A stretch of 64,000 nucleotides of DNA from an uncultured Planctomycetota bacterium (lineage in GTDB: Bacteria > Planctomycetota > Planctomycetia > Isosphaerales > Isosphaeraceae): contig CAVTTN010000002.1 of the NCBI GenBank assembly GCA_963737655.1, forward strand, positions 1,376,001-1,440,000, given 5' to 3'. Position 1 is the stretch's first letter; each line of letters begins with the position of its first letter. Positions 9,752 to 20,029 of this stretch are shown here, piece by piece. The position numbers and the translations under genes were made by a program. The notes beneath the pieces are model-generated. The model was not told the origin of the DNA and ran no database searches. It saw only the letters and a program-made list of their open reading frames with translations.

Positions 9752-11091
9752 GCATCGGCGGGCGGATTTCGAGGCGGACGATCCTCCGAGGGGCCGGCAC
9801 GGTCCTGGCCCTCCCGTTCCTGGAGGCGATGGCGCCGAAGGCGATCGCCAGGGTCGGGGGGGCGGCGGCCCAACCTCCTCGCCGGATGGCCCTCCTCTAC
9901 GTGCCCAACGGCGCCCACATGGCCGACTGGACCCCGAAGGCCGAAGGCGCCGCCTTCGACTTGCCCGAGATCCTCCGGCCCCTCGCCCCGCTGAAGGACG
10001 ACCTGCTCGTCCTGAGCGACCTGACCTGCGACAAGGCCCGGGCCAACGGAGACGGCGCCGGCGACCACGCCCGGGCCTCCTCCGCCTTCCTGACCGGGGC
10101 CCAGGCCAGGAAGACCGCCGGCGCCAACTTCCGCTCGGGCATCTCGGCCGACCAGGTCGCCGCCCGCCGGATCGGCGACCAGACCCGCCTTCCGTCTCTG
10201 GAGCTGGGGATCGAGCGCTATCGAGGCAGCGGCAACTGCGACAGCGGCTATTCCTGCGTCTATGAACACACGATCGCCTGGAGGTCGCCCACCTCGCCCC
10301 TGCCCAACGAGGTCGATCCCCGGATCGTCTTCGAGCGCCTCTTCGCCGAGAGGCCCAACGACCCCGCCCGCCTGAAGAGGAACCGGCTGCGGTCGAGCGT
10401 CCTCGACGCGGTCCTCGAAGACTCCAAGGGGCTGGAGGGCCGGCTCGGCGGCGCCGACCGCCGCAAGCTCGATCAGTACATGTCGTGCGTCCGGGAGCTC
10501 GAGCTGAGGATCGCCCGGGCCGAGACCCTGCCGCCGGTCCAGCCGCCCGAGGACGCCATCCGACCCTCCGGGATGCCGGCCGACCTCTCCGAGCACATCC
10601 GCCTGATGTGCGACCTGATGGTCATGGCCTTCCAGACGGACGTGACCCGGGTGATCACCTGCATGTTCGCCCGAGAGGGCAGCGAGCAGAAGTACCGGAT
10701 GATCGGCGTGTCCGAGGGGCACCACGAGCTCACCCACCACCGCAATGACCCCGAGAAGATCGCCAAGGTCAAGAAAATCAACACCTATCACATCGAGCAG
10801 TTTGCCTACCTCCTGAACAAGCTCAAGTCCGTGCCCGAGGGGGATGGCACCCTGCTTGACCACTGCATGATCGCCTATGGGAGCGGCAACAGCGACGGCA
10901 ACCGCCACACCCACGAGAACGTGCCGCTGTTGCTCGCCGGCAAGGGCGGAGGCTCGCTCAGGACCGGCCGCCACGTCCGCTACCCGGGCGAGACGCCCCT
11001 GAACAACCTCTGGCTGGCGATGCTCGACCGCATGGGCGCCCCGACGGATCGCCTCGGCGACAGCACGGGCGTCCTCCCCGGGCTCTCGTGA
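9748..11091 (+). CDS. DUF1552 domain protein (Tat-type N-terminus)
   Basis: SRRTILRGAG..LALPFLEAM, GHHELTHH, DGTLLD; usual partner of DUF1592 proteins. Confidence 0.92.
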   Translation: MSIGGRISRRTILRGAGTVLALPFLEAMAPKAIARVGGAAAQPPRRMALLYVPNGAHMADWTPKAEGAAFDLPEILRPLAPLKDDLLVLSDLTCDKARANGDGAGDHARASSAFLTGAQARKTAGANFRSGISADQVAARRIGDQTRLPSLELGIERYRGSGNCDSGYSCVYEHTIAWRSPTSPLPNEVDPRIVFERLFAERPNDPARLKRNRLRSSVLDAVLEDSKGLEGRLGGADRRKLDQYMSCVRELELRIARAETLPPVQPPEDAIRPSGMPADLSEHIRLMCDLMVMAFQTDVTRVITCMFAREGSEQKYRMIGVSEGHHELTHHRNDPEKIAKVKKINTYHIEQFAYLLNKLKSVPEGDGTLLDHCMIAYGSGNSDGNRHTHENVPLLLAGKGGGSLRTGRHVRYPGETPLNNLWLAMLDRMGAPTDRLGDSTGVLPGLS

Positions 11092-11253
11092 GCCGAAAGG
11101 AAGGGCGGCCGATCAGGGACCCGACGATCACGATCGGGGCCATCGCGATCCTGCTCGACGCGCTCGGCCCTCGCCCAGAGGCACGGGGAGGCGCGGGGCC
11201 GGGGGGAAGGGGCGTTGGCCGCCGACGTGCCGCCGGGGTCGCACCCCTCGCCG

Positions 11254-11564
11254 AGACATCCGGCGTGACCGCGTCGATCCTCTTCACAGACGTTCGCGGG
11301 TTCGCGCGATGGGCCGAGAAGATTGAGGACTTCTCCCAACTCAACCGCTTCGTGGCGGATTTCCCGGCGATCCTCCAGGGCGCCTTTGCCAACCACTTCA
11401 TCAAGGGCCTCGTCGCGGGGATGTGCCTCGACGCCTCGAACAAGAGGGGTTTGAGGTGGCTCCTCGCGACCCGCTCGCGGACCCGGCGACTCTCCGCCGG
11501 GAAGATCGAGGGGTGCGGGGGACCGCTCAAGGATTCCCAGTCCTTCTCGGGGTGCGTCCTCTGA
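11254..11564 (+). pseudogene. Remnant of a class III nucleotidyl cyclase with a NUDIX-like fragment
   Basis: SILFTDVRGFARWAE...FIKGL (cyclase N-half, breaks before the GDG) then LLATRSRTRRLSAGKIEGCGG..SQSF. Confidence 0.5.
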
Positions 11565-11638
11565 GCGAGAAGAGGAAGCGGCGGGCGAGTGGGGCGAGGC
11601 GTCGGCCCTCCGCCGGGTCGGTGCCGTGGCGACAGAGA

Positions 11639-13192
11639 TCAGCGAGGCCGTGGCTCGAGGAAAGCCTGCCTCATGCGGCTATAGGCGCGGGAGACGTGCG
11701 TGACGTACTCGCGGGCCTCCTCGCGATCCCCTTCCTCCACGGCGTGCTTGAGCAATTCGAGCCGGTCTCGGAAGACCTTCGCCTTGGCCTTGCGATAAGG
11801 GCCGAGCGTCCCCTCGCGGAGGAAGGTCCCGACTTCCAGGCGGCGAGTCCAGTCGGCCCAGGCCGGGAGGAAGTGTTCGGCGTGCTTGCGGTCGCCGCTC
11901 AGTGCCGCCGTGAGCACCTCGGCCTTGAGGATCGACATCTCCTCGAACACCTCTGACGGTGAGGGATAATAGACGTAGCATCCGACGATGCTCAAGGCCA
12001 CCAGGCCGAGCAAAGCGACCCCGCCCAGCACCGGGGCCGGGACCGATCGATCGTGCCAGGATGGCTGACCGTCCGAGGGCTCCGTGGCGCGTTCGAGCCA
12101 GGATTCCACTCGCCACCGGCGGTCCAACGCCCGGAGGACCAGGCCGACCGCGGCCAGCGAGGCGAGGACCGCGAGGGCGACTCGCTCGAACGGCTGGATC
12201 TCTTCCCGGAGCCTGGCGACGACGAACGGGGCGGGGTGCGTCTGGCTCGACGAAAAAGGGCGGCAATACATGTCGAAGGCGTGAGTATGACCGGGCGGGG
12301 CGATCTCCCTCGGGTAGAGCGGGGCCTCGATCGCGTAGGCGACCCCGAGGATGGATGCCACGAGGAACACGAGCCAGGCGAGGCCACGACCGACCCCGTA
12401 GTTGCGGAGCACCCAGGCGGCCAGGCCGAGGTTGAGGCCCGCCCCGAGCGTCAGGAGGACGAACGCCGCCCCGGGCGAGTTGGCGTGCTGGAACATCGAA
12501 CCGAGCTGCGCCATCGCCGTCATCGGCGAGGCGTAGGCGGGGATCGCCACCCCGGCCATCGCCAAAGGGGCGAAGGGATTCGAATGCTCCATCGTCGATT
12601 GGAGCGACCCCGGCGGGAGGGCCATCCCGAGGAGGCCGACGCCCAGGAGCCCGACCGCCACATACCCGAGCGAGGGGCCGGTGACCTCTCTCGCGGCGGC
12701 GACGGCAATCGCGGCCATCCGCTTCAGTCCCTGAGCGACCGGAGCCGGGGCCGCCTCCTCGCTTCCCGACCCGGGGAAGAGCCGGTTCAGGGCCGCGCCC
12801 ACGATCGTCACGACGACCATCGAGGCGAAGGCGAACACGAGGATGACCGACGGCTCGGAGAGGGTCAGGCCGTAGAGCATCGAAACCGGGTTGAACAGCG
12901 GCGCCGTCATGGCGAACGCCAGGACCGCACCGGGGGAGACGCCGGCCCTCCGCATCTCCCGGGCGACCGGGATGACTCCCAGAGAGCAGACCGGCAGGAG
13001 CATCCCCACGAGCCACGCCTGGGGCAACTCGCGCCGCGTCCCGCTCCCGAAGAGCCTCCGCGTGTTCGCAGGACCCAGGAGCCGGCGGAAGACGCCCGCC
13101 ACGACCAGGCCCACGAGCAGGGTCGGGACCGATTGGATCAGGGCTTGCCCGGACCGGAGCACACCGCCCCAGAGTAGGGACTCGATCATCAT
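11639..13192 (-). CDS. DUF318/ArsP-like permease with soluble C-terminal domain
   Basis: LLPVCSLGVIPV, TAPLFNP, many TM helices, GHTHAFD His motif. Confidence 0.85.
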   Translation of the reverse strand: MMIESLLWGGVLRSGQALIQSVPTLLVGLVVAGVFRRLLGPANTRRLFGSGTRRELPQAWLVGMLLPVCSLGVIPVAREMRRAGVSPGAVLAFAMTAPLFNPVSMLYGLTLSEPSVILVFAFASMVVVTIVGAALNRLFPGSGSEEAAPAPVAQGLKRMAAIAVAAAREVTGPSLGYVAVGLLGVGLLGMALPPGSLQSTMEHSNPFAPLAMAGVAIPAYASPMTAMAQLGSMFQHANSPGAAFVLLTLGAGLNLGLAAWVLRNYGVGRGLAWLVFLVASILGVAYAIEAPLYPREIAPPGHTHAFDMYCRPFSSSQTHPAPFVVARLREEIQPFERVALAVLASLAAVGLVLRALDRRWRVESWLERATEPSDGQPSWHDRSVPAPVLGGVALLGLVALSIVGCYVYYPSPSEVFEEMSILKAEVLTAALSGDRKHAEHFLPAWADWTRRLEVGTFLREGTLGPYRKAKAKVFRDRLELLKHAVEEGDREEAREYVTHVSRAYSRMRQAFLEPRPR

Positions 13193-13297
13193 CCTATCCT
13201 CGTGAAATAGGGCAGGCTGTCGATGGTGACTTCCCGGGACGTGCGGTTCGGTTCGTTTCCTCGATCACCTCGGGGCCGATCTCGCGCCGAGGACTCG

Positions 13298-13849
13298 TCA
13301 AGGGGCTCCCGTCGTGCCTGCCGTCCTGTCGAACCAACGGGGGTCGGCCTTCTCCAGGATCGTCTCCAGGGCGGCGACGTTTCGCCCGGAAGCCCGGGTC
13401 GCGTCGGCGCGACCGGCCGGCGATTCCCGGATGACCCGATACTCCGCGACGAGGCCGGCGGAGAGCCGGTCGACCTCGATCCACCGGTCCTCGGGCATGT
13501 CGCTCTCGGCGGCGATCTCGGGCAACCAGCCCGCGATGTCCGTCGCCATCGACAAGGTCCTGTCATCGATCGGGCGGCCCGCCGAGCCTTCGACCACCCC
13601 GCGACCGATCGCCTCGTCGAGCGCCCTCAAACGACGGACCGCGTCGGGGAACGTCGCCGGCCTGTGGGCCGGAATGACGTGACCGACATGCTCCTCGTGG
13701 GCGCCGGGGACGCCGCCACCGTCGCAACCCGCCACGGCGAGCAGGATAGAAAACATCGCAACGACCGTCCGCGGCCGTCCGCCGGAGCGGGTGTCCCCGA
13801 TCTCTCTCGGGGCGGCAAGACTTCCCCCGGTGTGCCTCGCGATGATCAT
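13298..13849 (-). CDS. His-rich putative lipoprotein
   Basis: LLAVAGC lipobox followed by AHEEHVGHVIPAHRP; GGAGAGG RBS. Confidence 0.7.
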   Translation of the reverse strand: MIIARHTGGSLAAPREIGDTRSGGRPRTVVAMFSILLAVAGCDGGGVPGAHEEHVGHVIPAHRPATFPDAVRRLRALDEAIGRGVVEGSAGRPIDDRTLSMATDIAGWLPEIAAESDMPEDRWIEVDRLSAGLVAEYRVIRESPAGRADATRASGRNVAALETILEKADPRWFDRTAGTTGAP

Positions 13850-13910
13850 GGTGCCTCTCCTCGTAATCGTCCGGAATTGGAACCGGGTCGCACCGCCCAC
13901 GGGGCGTGCC

Positions 13911-14887
13911 TCACGTCCTCGAACCCGGCGTGATCGGGACCGGGACGGAATCCAGGATCTCGGCCAGGACCCGGGCGGTGGCCTCCGGCTCGACGCCGAG
14001 CCGAACCTCCAGGACGGGTCCGGCCATGTCCTGCACGTCGTCGGGCGTGGTGTAATCGCGACCGAGCAGGAAGGCCCGCGCCTGGGCGAGCCTCTGCCAG
14101 GTCAGCAGGCCGCGGGGCTCAGGCCCAGGGTGACCTGGCGATGCGATCGGCTGGCCCCTCCCAGGGCGACGAGATAGTCCCTCACCAACGGGCCGACGGC
14201 GATCGCGGCGACGGCCTCCTGGAGGGCGCGGAGCTGCCCCGGAGCCAGGGAGGGGGCGGCCCCTCCCGGGGTGTCCGAGGTCGCGCCGACGGCCGCGTCG
14301 AGCATCGCCCGCTCGTCGTCGGGTCCCGGGTAGCCGATCCGCAGCTTCATCGCGAAGCGGTCGAGCTGGGCCTCCGGCAGCGGGTAGGTGCCGTGCTGCT
14401 CCACCGGGTTCTGGGTGGCCATGACGAAGAACGTGTCGGACAGGACGTGCCGGAGGCTGTCGACCGTGACCTGCCGCTCGGCCATCGCCTCCAGGAGGGC
14501 GCTCTGCGTCCTCGGCGTGGCCCGGTTGATCTCGTCGGCCAGCAGGACGTCGGCGAAGACGGGGCCGGGCAGGAACTCGAATTCACGAGTCTTCTGGTCA
14601 TAGACGCGAAAGCCGGTGATGTCCCCGGGGAGGAGGTCCGGCGTGCACTGGACGCGCGCGAACTTGCCGCCGAGCGCCTGGGCCAGCGCCTTGGCGAGCG
14701 TGGTCTTGCCGAGGCCGGGGAGGTCCTCGATCAGCAGGTGCCCCCTCGCCAGGAGGCAGGCGAGGACGGACTCGACCACGGCCGCCTTGCCGCGCAAGGC
14801 GGCGTTCAAGGCCGTGCGGATCGCATCGACGGCCGAGGCCGATGGGCCGTTCCGCTCGGCGTGCAGGGCGTGCGGGATCACCTTCAT
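13911..14887 (-). CDS. moxR: MoxR family AAA+ ATPase (1-bp frameshift at ~14115)
   Basis: [39 protein letters not shown]-terminus SPRG..DDVQ continues in another frame to TGA 13911. Confidence 0.9.
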
Positions 14888-17247
14888 GTCGCCAGTTCCT
14901 CCTGGAGGAGAGTCCGGTCCAGGGCCTGAAATCTGCGGAGGGACCAGGCGCGGACGGCGCGACGGCAGGCCCCTCGGGGATCGTCGTCGCCGCGAGATTT
15001 CGGGGGCGTGGAACCCTCGGGCGAGTAGAGGCCCCACTCGGCGAGTCGGATGAGCCCGTGGAGGTCGTCCGCGCCTGCGGAGGTCGTCGGGGCGATCGTC
15101 GCGTACCAGCGAAAGGGGGTGCGTCCCGAAGGGCGGGGATGGCCCGCCCATCTCGACCGCCGTTCGACGAGGCGGAGGGCTTCGATCGCGTAGAGGCGGG
15201 GGTCGGGCAGCGGCCTGGCCATCCACGCCAGGGTCAAGAGGGCGTCGGCGACATCGCGGCGGAAGCGGGCCAACGCGGCGAGGCCGACGACGACCAGGCC
15301 CAGGAAGGCCGCATGCGATCGCGCCCACCGCCAGGCGTGGGCGATCGCGGCCAGGATGCTCTCGGACCAGGAGGGCGACGGCCCCATCAACTCGTAGCCG
15401 GGCGTCGGCTCGACGGCGACCCACGTCCCGTTCGGCAGGCGGACTTCCGCCCAGACGTGGACATCGTCTCGGGTCACGGGCGTGTGCCGGGTGCGGGGGT
15501 CGTACCGACGGGGATCGGCGTAGAAGCCGCTCACCAGGCGAGTCGGGTAGTCGAGCGACCGCAGGAGAACGGCCGCCGACGTGGCGAACTGGTAATCCGG
15601 CCCGCGCCGCGACCTCAGCAGGAAGTGGGCCACGACGTCGTCGCACTCGGGCGGGACCACGACCCCGCGATCGTGTTCGGCGTGCCGGCGGAGGCCGGCG
15701 ACGACCGCCTCGACTTGCCCCCAACCGCGAGGGATGCCCTCCGACCACTTGCGGGCCAGGGCCGCGACCTCCGGGGCGATGCCACGGCCGTCGGCGACGT
15801 CCAGGAGGCGAGCCGCGGCGTAGGGGATGGTGGGGAAGGACAGGTCGCGAAGCCGTCCCGGGTCGGGGGTCCGGGCCTCGGACTCGATCACCGTGCTCGA
15901 AGGGACGGTGCGTCCAACCATCCGCACCATCCCCTCGTGCGACCAGCCGAAGAAGTCGCGGCGGTTGACCTGGCCGATCCGGAATCGGGACACGTGCGAC
16001 GGCAGGGGCAGCGGGCCCGAGTCGAGCGCCCCGACCTTGATCTGGTGGGCGACGGTGCCGGTGAACAGCGGGGGGATGGGCGAATCGAGCCGGAACCACG
16101 GGGCGCCCTCGGATTCCAGAACCAGGGGGCAGTCCCTCCCACACGGCGGCTCCTCGTCCCATTCCCGGCCGTCGAAGCGGTCGTAGGCCGCCAGGCCGAG
16201 ATGCAGGGGGGTCGGCCCCTTCACGTAGAGGAGGGCCTTCGCCTCGCGGTCGGTCGGCCGACGTCCGGGCCGATCGTTCCCCCGGCGGACCACCGAGAAC
16301 TGGCGGCCGGCCCGGAGGTTCTCCGCCGGCCGTTCGCGCTGTTCGACGACGTTGTCATTGTTCAATGCGACCATCCGATCTCGCTGCATGGGCTTGATCG
16401 GCTCGCCATACAGGTCATTGAAGGCGTCGTAGAGGCTGGGCCGGTCGCTGTCGAGGTAGACGTCGGAGTCGGTGAAGCCGACGGATTGCGGCTTCTCCGA
16501 GCCCTTGACCTCGTCCTCGCCGTCGTTCACGCCCCCTCGGGCGTCGGGGTTGTCCCAGACGGTCCCCCCGGAACTCGGCATCAGGCCCGCCAGGGCGGTG
16601 GCGGCCCGGGTCGGCCCGACCGCCGCGACCGCGACGACGAGGGCGACGAACCCCAGGGCCAGGGCCGGCGTCGCGATCGGGAATCGACGACGGTCGTTCG
16701 AGGTCGGAAGGCGGAGGCCGCCCCAGGAGGCCAGGACCAGCCAAAGGCAGCCGACGGCCGCGTAGGTGCCGAGCGCCCAGAGCAAGGCCGTCCCCTCGGC
16801 CTGCGAGGAGGCGACCAGCACCAGGAAGAGGCTCACCAGCGCCGCCAGGCGGGCGAACGCCGGCCGCCTCGACAGCACGGCCAGACCCAGCCCGAGGTTC
16901 CTCAGGGCCGAGATCATCACGACTTCCAGGGGCTCGGCCCGCCCGACCCGGGCCAGCCGGCCCGCCTCGACGACGAACGGCAAGGCCACGACGACCAGCA
17001 GGCCGATCACGAGGAGCGGGCTGAGCGAGGTCCGTGGCCGCGAACGTGCGAGGAGCCCGGGGGATGAGGATTTCGACCACAAGGAGACCATCCATGCGGC
17101 GAGGGACCATCCCAGGCCCCAGGCCAGGGAAACCATCAGCGGCCTCCCCGGCTCGGCGATGGCGAGCTCGGCAGACGTCGTCGCCAGGGCCGCCAGGGCC
17201 AGCGTCGCGCCCTGGACCCATCGGTCCTCTTCTCGGTCAGCCGCCAA
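14884..17247 (-). CDS. Membrane-anchored transglutaminase-like (TgpA-type) protein
   Basis: N-terminal TMs; [33 protein letters not shown] before TTG 17247. Confidence 0.85.
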   Translation of the reverse strand: MAADREEDRWVQGATLALAALATTSAELAIAEPGRPLMVSLAWGLGWSLAAWMVSLWSKSSSPGLLARSRPRTSLSPLLVIGLLVVVALPFVVEAGRLARVGRAEPLEVVMISALRNLGLGLAVLSRRPAFARLAALVSLFLVLVASSQAEGTALLWALGTYAAVGCLWLVLASWGGLRLPTSNDRRRFPIATPALALGFVALVVAVAAVGPTRAATALAGLMPSSGGTVWDNPDARGGVNDGEDEVKGSEKPQSVGFTDSDVYLDSDRPSLYDAFNDLYGEPIKPMQRDRMVALNNDNVVEQRERPAENLRAGRQFSVVRRGNDRPGRRPTDREAKALLYVKGPTPLHLGLAAYDRFDGREWDEEPPCGRDCPLVLESEGAPWFRLDSPIPPLFTGTVAHQIKVGALDSGPLPLPSHVSRFRIGQVNRRDFFGWSHEGMVRMVGRTVPSSTVIESEARTPDPGRLRDLSFPTIPYAAARLLDVADGRGIAPEVAALARKWSEGIPRGWGQVEAVVAGLRRHAEHDRGVVVPPECDDVVAHFLLRSRRGPDYQFATSAAVLLRSLDYPTRLVSGFYADPRRYDPRTRHTPVTRDDVHVWAEVRLPNGTWVAVEPTPGYELMGPSPSWSESILAAIAHAWRWARSHAAFLGLVVVGLAALARFRRDVADALLTLAWMARPLPDPRLYAIEALRLVERRSRWAGHPRPSGRTPFRWYATIAPTTSAGADDLHGLIRLAEWGLYSPEGSTPPKSRGDDDPRGACRRAVRAWSLRRFQALDRTLLQEELAT

Positions 17248-18508
17248 CGGAGACCTCCTTCCATCCCCGTCGCACGAGGCCCGGGACGTTCGATGGGTCG
17301 TCGATCCAGATCCCGGGCCGCAACGGCAAGGCACCGGACACGGTGCGATCCACGGCATCGGAGAAGGCACCGGCATCCAGGACGACGAATCGTTCGGCAC
17401 GACCCCGACCGGCCGACCCGGCCAGGTTTCGCGTCGAACGACTGGTCGCGACGACGACCCGCAGGCCGCCGTCGAACCGGAGACAGGACGGCCCGGACAA
17501 TACGTCTTTGAGATCATGCCGCCCGTCGGGTTCCAGGCGGGCCAGGGCGTCGAGGACGCGGGCACGACGGGAGGCGACGGTGCCGGCCGACGAGGCGACC
17601 GACCGGCCGCCGTGGACGACCTCCACCTCGGCCCCCTGGCCGATCCAATCCTCGGCGAAGCTCGCCGCGATCCGGACCGCCCACTCGAACGACCCGGCCT
17701 GACCCGACCCGGAGTGCGCCTCGGGGGAGATGTCGAGGACGATCTGGACCCTGGGGATCGCCTGGGCTTCCAGCTCGCAGACGATGAGGTGGCCGTGCCT
17801 TGCCGATTGCGGCCAGTGAACCCGGCGGAGCGAATCGCCCCGGCGATAGGGCCGGACGCCCAGGAGGTCGCCCGCCGTCCCCGCCTTGTTCCGGGGGGCG
17901 AGCCCGTCCCCCTCCCGGCCGCTGGCCGCCTCGGGGATCGGGCCGACGGGGAAGGTGCGGGGCCAGACCAGGAGGCGGGACGGGACGGCCAGAGGCCGGG
18001 ACGCCTCGCGGAGACCGAACGGGAACGCGGTGACGACCCTCGGGGCGGCCCTCGGGTATTCGCCTCGGCAATCGGGCGTCGCTCTCCAGCAGATCTCGGT
18101 GGTCCGCCAACCCCCAGCGAACGCCACGCCGGCCCCGGCTCCGGGCAAATCGCCGCGAACGGCGAGCCCCCAGGCACCCCAGGGCATCCGGTTGCGGACG
18201 ACCAAACGGACGTCCACCGGCTCCCCTTCGCGGACACGATCCCGCCCGAACGCGAGCGTGCCGCTCAGCCCGCACGCGGACAACCAGGGCCACAGTGTCC
18301 CCGCCGCCAGGACGGCCGCCAGCCCGGCCGCCAGGATCATGGCCCTCGGGTGCAGGTAGAGCCCGCAGAGGATCGCCGCCAGCATCGCCATCGAGAGGAC
18401 GGCCAGGGGGTTGCGTACCCATTGGATGTACGGGTCGAATTGCGAGGCATGATCCTTGACGAGGATCTCGCCGAGCTTCGCGAAGAATCGCTTGCCCGAT
18501 CGATTCAT
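17237..18508 (-). CDS. DUF58 domain protein
   Basis: FPFGL, GVRPYRRGDSLRRVHWPQSAR, FEWAVRIAAS. Confidence 0.9.
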   Translation of the reverse strand: MNRSGKRFFAKLGEILVKDHASQFDPYIQWVRNPLAVLSMAMLAAILCGLYLHPRAMILAAGLAAVLAAGTLWPWLSACGLSGTLAFGRDRVREGEPVDVRLVVRNRMPWGAWGLAVRGDLPGAGAGVAFAGGWRTTEICWRATPDCRGEYPRAAPRVVTAFPFGLREASRPLAVPSRLLVWPRTFPVGPIPEAASGREGDGLAPRNKAGTAGDLLGVRPYRRGDSLRRVHWPQSARHGHLIVCELEAQAIPRVQIVLDISPEAHSGSGQAGSFEWAVRIAASFAEDWIGQGAEVEVVHGGRSVASSAGTVASRRARVLDALARLEPDGRHDLKDVLSGPSCLRFDGGLRVVVATSRSTRNLAGSAGRGRAERFVVLDAGAFSDAVDRTVSGALPLRPGIWIDDPSNVPGLVRRGWKEVSVGG

Positions 18509-18567
18509 GACCCGCCCTCCAACTCACGGTTTTCGGGGCATTTCGGGGCGGCCAGCTTCGAGCCGAC

Positions 18568-18730
18568 TCAACCCCACCTCGGGCACGTCCGGCAGAGCCG
18601 GCGATTCAGCAGGAGCGATCCGGCGATCGAGAGACCGCCCGAGACGACGGCGACCACTCCCAATCCCTCGGCGTCCCGGGCCTCGGCGAAGCGGCCCAGG
18701 GCCAGCAGGATCAGGCCGCCGGAAGCGTCT
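18568..18730 (-). pseudogene. C-terminal remnant of a MerC-like membrane protein
   Basis: Unlisted frame GGLILLALGRFAEARDAEGLGVVAVVSGGLSIAGSLLLNRRLCRTCPRWG*: two TMs plus NRRLCxxC tail, no start codon. Confidence 0.45.
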
Positions 18731-19083
18731 TCTTCGAGACGATCGGAGCAACCGATCGCTCAATCCTAAAATATTCACGAGCTTGAATATATGAAAATCA
18801 CAACCCAGCGGGGCGGATTCGGCTCGGACGGGCCGAACCCCCGAGAGGTCGGGTGGCGCGCGCCGCCTCCGGACGTCAGGCTCGGCCCTGCCGGGACGGG
18901 GGCGGCGTACCAGGGTTGGCTACCCGCCGAGAGGGCGGCCCGAGAGAGTTCGGGGAAAACGACGCGGACCCGGAGGGACGATCGCCCCTGGTGGACCCTC
19001 GGTCGGCATGCAATCGAGGGCCGCGACCGAGCGGACGCTGCCGCGCGGCGAGGAGGGGGCGATCGGGATGGGCTCGCGTCGGG

Positions 19084-19407
19084 TCAGGCGATGGGAGGGG
19101 CGCGAGGGGAGGATGGGCGTTCGACGGCCGCGGGGAAGGTCAGCGGCAGATCGTCGATCGGTTGAATCCGCACCACGTCGAGGGAAAGGACGTGTGCGGC
19201 TTCTCCCGCGAGTTGGCCCTGAGCGAAGAAATGGCAGATCGGGCAGTCGTGCGACGACGGGTGATTCGACCCATCGCCGCCATCAGGAAGACTGGTCTTG
19301 GAGTGCTCCACGCCAGGGAGGGCGTGAAGGGCGGGACCGCAGACGGTCATCACCCCATAGAGTGCGAGCAGGGAGACCAACAGGAATAGTCGGGCCTGTC
19401 GTTGCAT
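19084..19407 (-). CDS. DUF2946-like small protein (CxxC plus C-terminal RAPP), putative leader ORF
   Basis: N-terminal hydrophobic helix, GPALH, HDCPICH, ends PSSPRAPPIA. Confidence 0.75.
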   Translation of the reverse strand: MQRQARLFLLVSLLALYGVMTVCGPALHALPGVEHSKTSLPDGGDGSNHPSSHDCPICHFFAQGQLAGEAAHVLSLDVVRIQPIDDLPLTFPAAVERPSSPRAPPIA

Positions 19408-20029
19408 CGCGGGACGAATCGCCGGTTACCGGACAATTCCGCGAGCCCTGAGCAGGTCGCGGTGGTGACTCACACCGATCTGAAAGGATCGGACCAGATT
19501 CGCAGGCGACTGTCAAGGGGGCCGCGAAAAGGTCGCGACCTCCTCCGCCTCCGCCGGATGGAGGCCCGGACTGCGATCATTCCAGGCCGTCAGGCCGCCA
19601 CAACCTCGCGTCGCCTCGGACTGGACGCGGATGCGCGCCTCGGCCGCGGCGAGACGAACCAGGCGGCCCAAGTGGCCTCGCCCTCGGGCCCCGAAGTGGA
19701 CGACTCGGGCTTCTCCTCCCGGCCCGGCGATCGGCGGCTCCCGGTGCCGGTTGACCGGCTTGGCCCACTCCTCGGCGTCGGCCATCCGTGGGGAAGTCCA
19801 CCCGTACAAGTGGCGGAGGCGGCGGACATCGGTGCGGAGGAAGCGGCATCGGCCTGCCCGAGCTCGCACCCCTCTCGGGCACTTCCCGAACACGTATCCG
19901 GACTTGTCGCGACTCCCAATTCGGTGTGATACTCTGAGAACTGATGCCATAGGGTTCGATATCTCGTCGATCTCGTCTCCCAAGTGTGGTGCCGCTGAGC
20001 GACACGGACCCTGACGTCATGAACACGTC

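Noticed and set aside
19450..20000. ORFs between the leader gene and GT4
   Set aside because: No recognisable motif; probably divergent promoter region or unidentifiable debris
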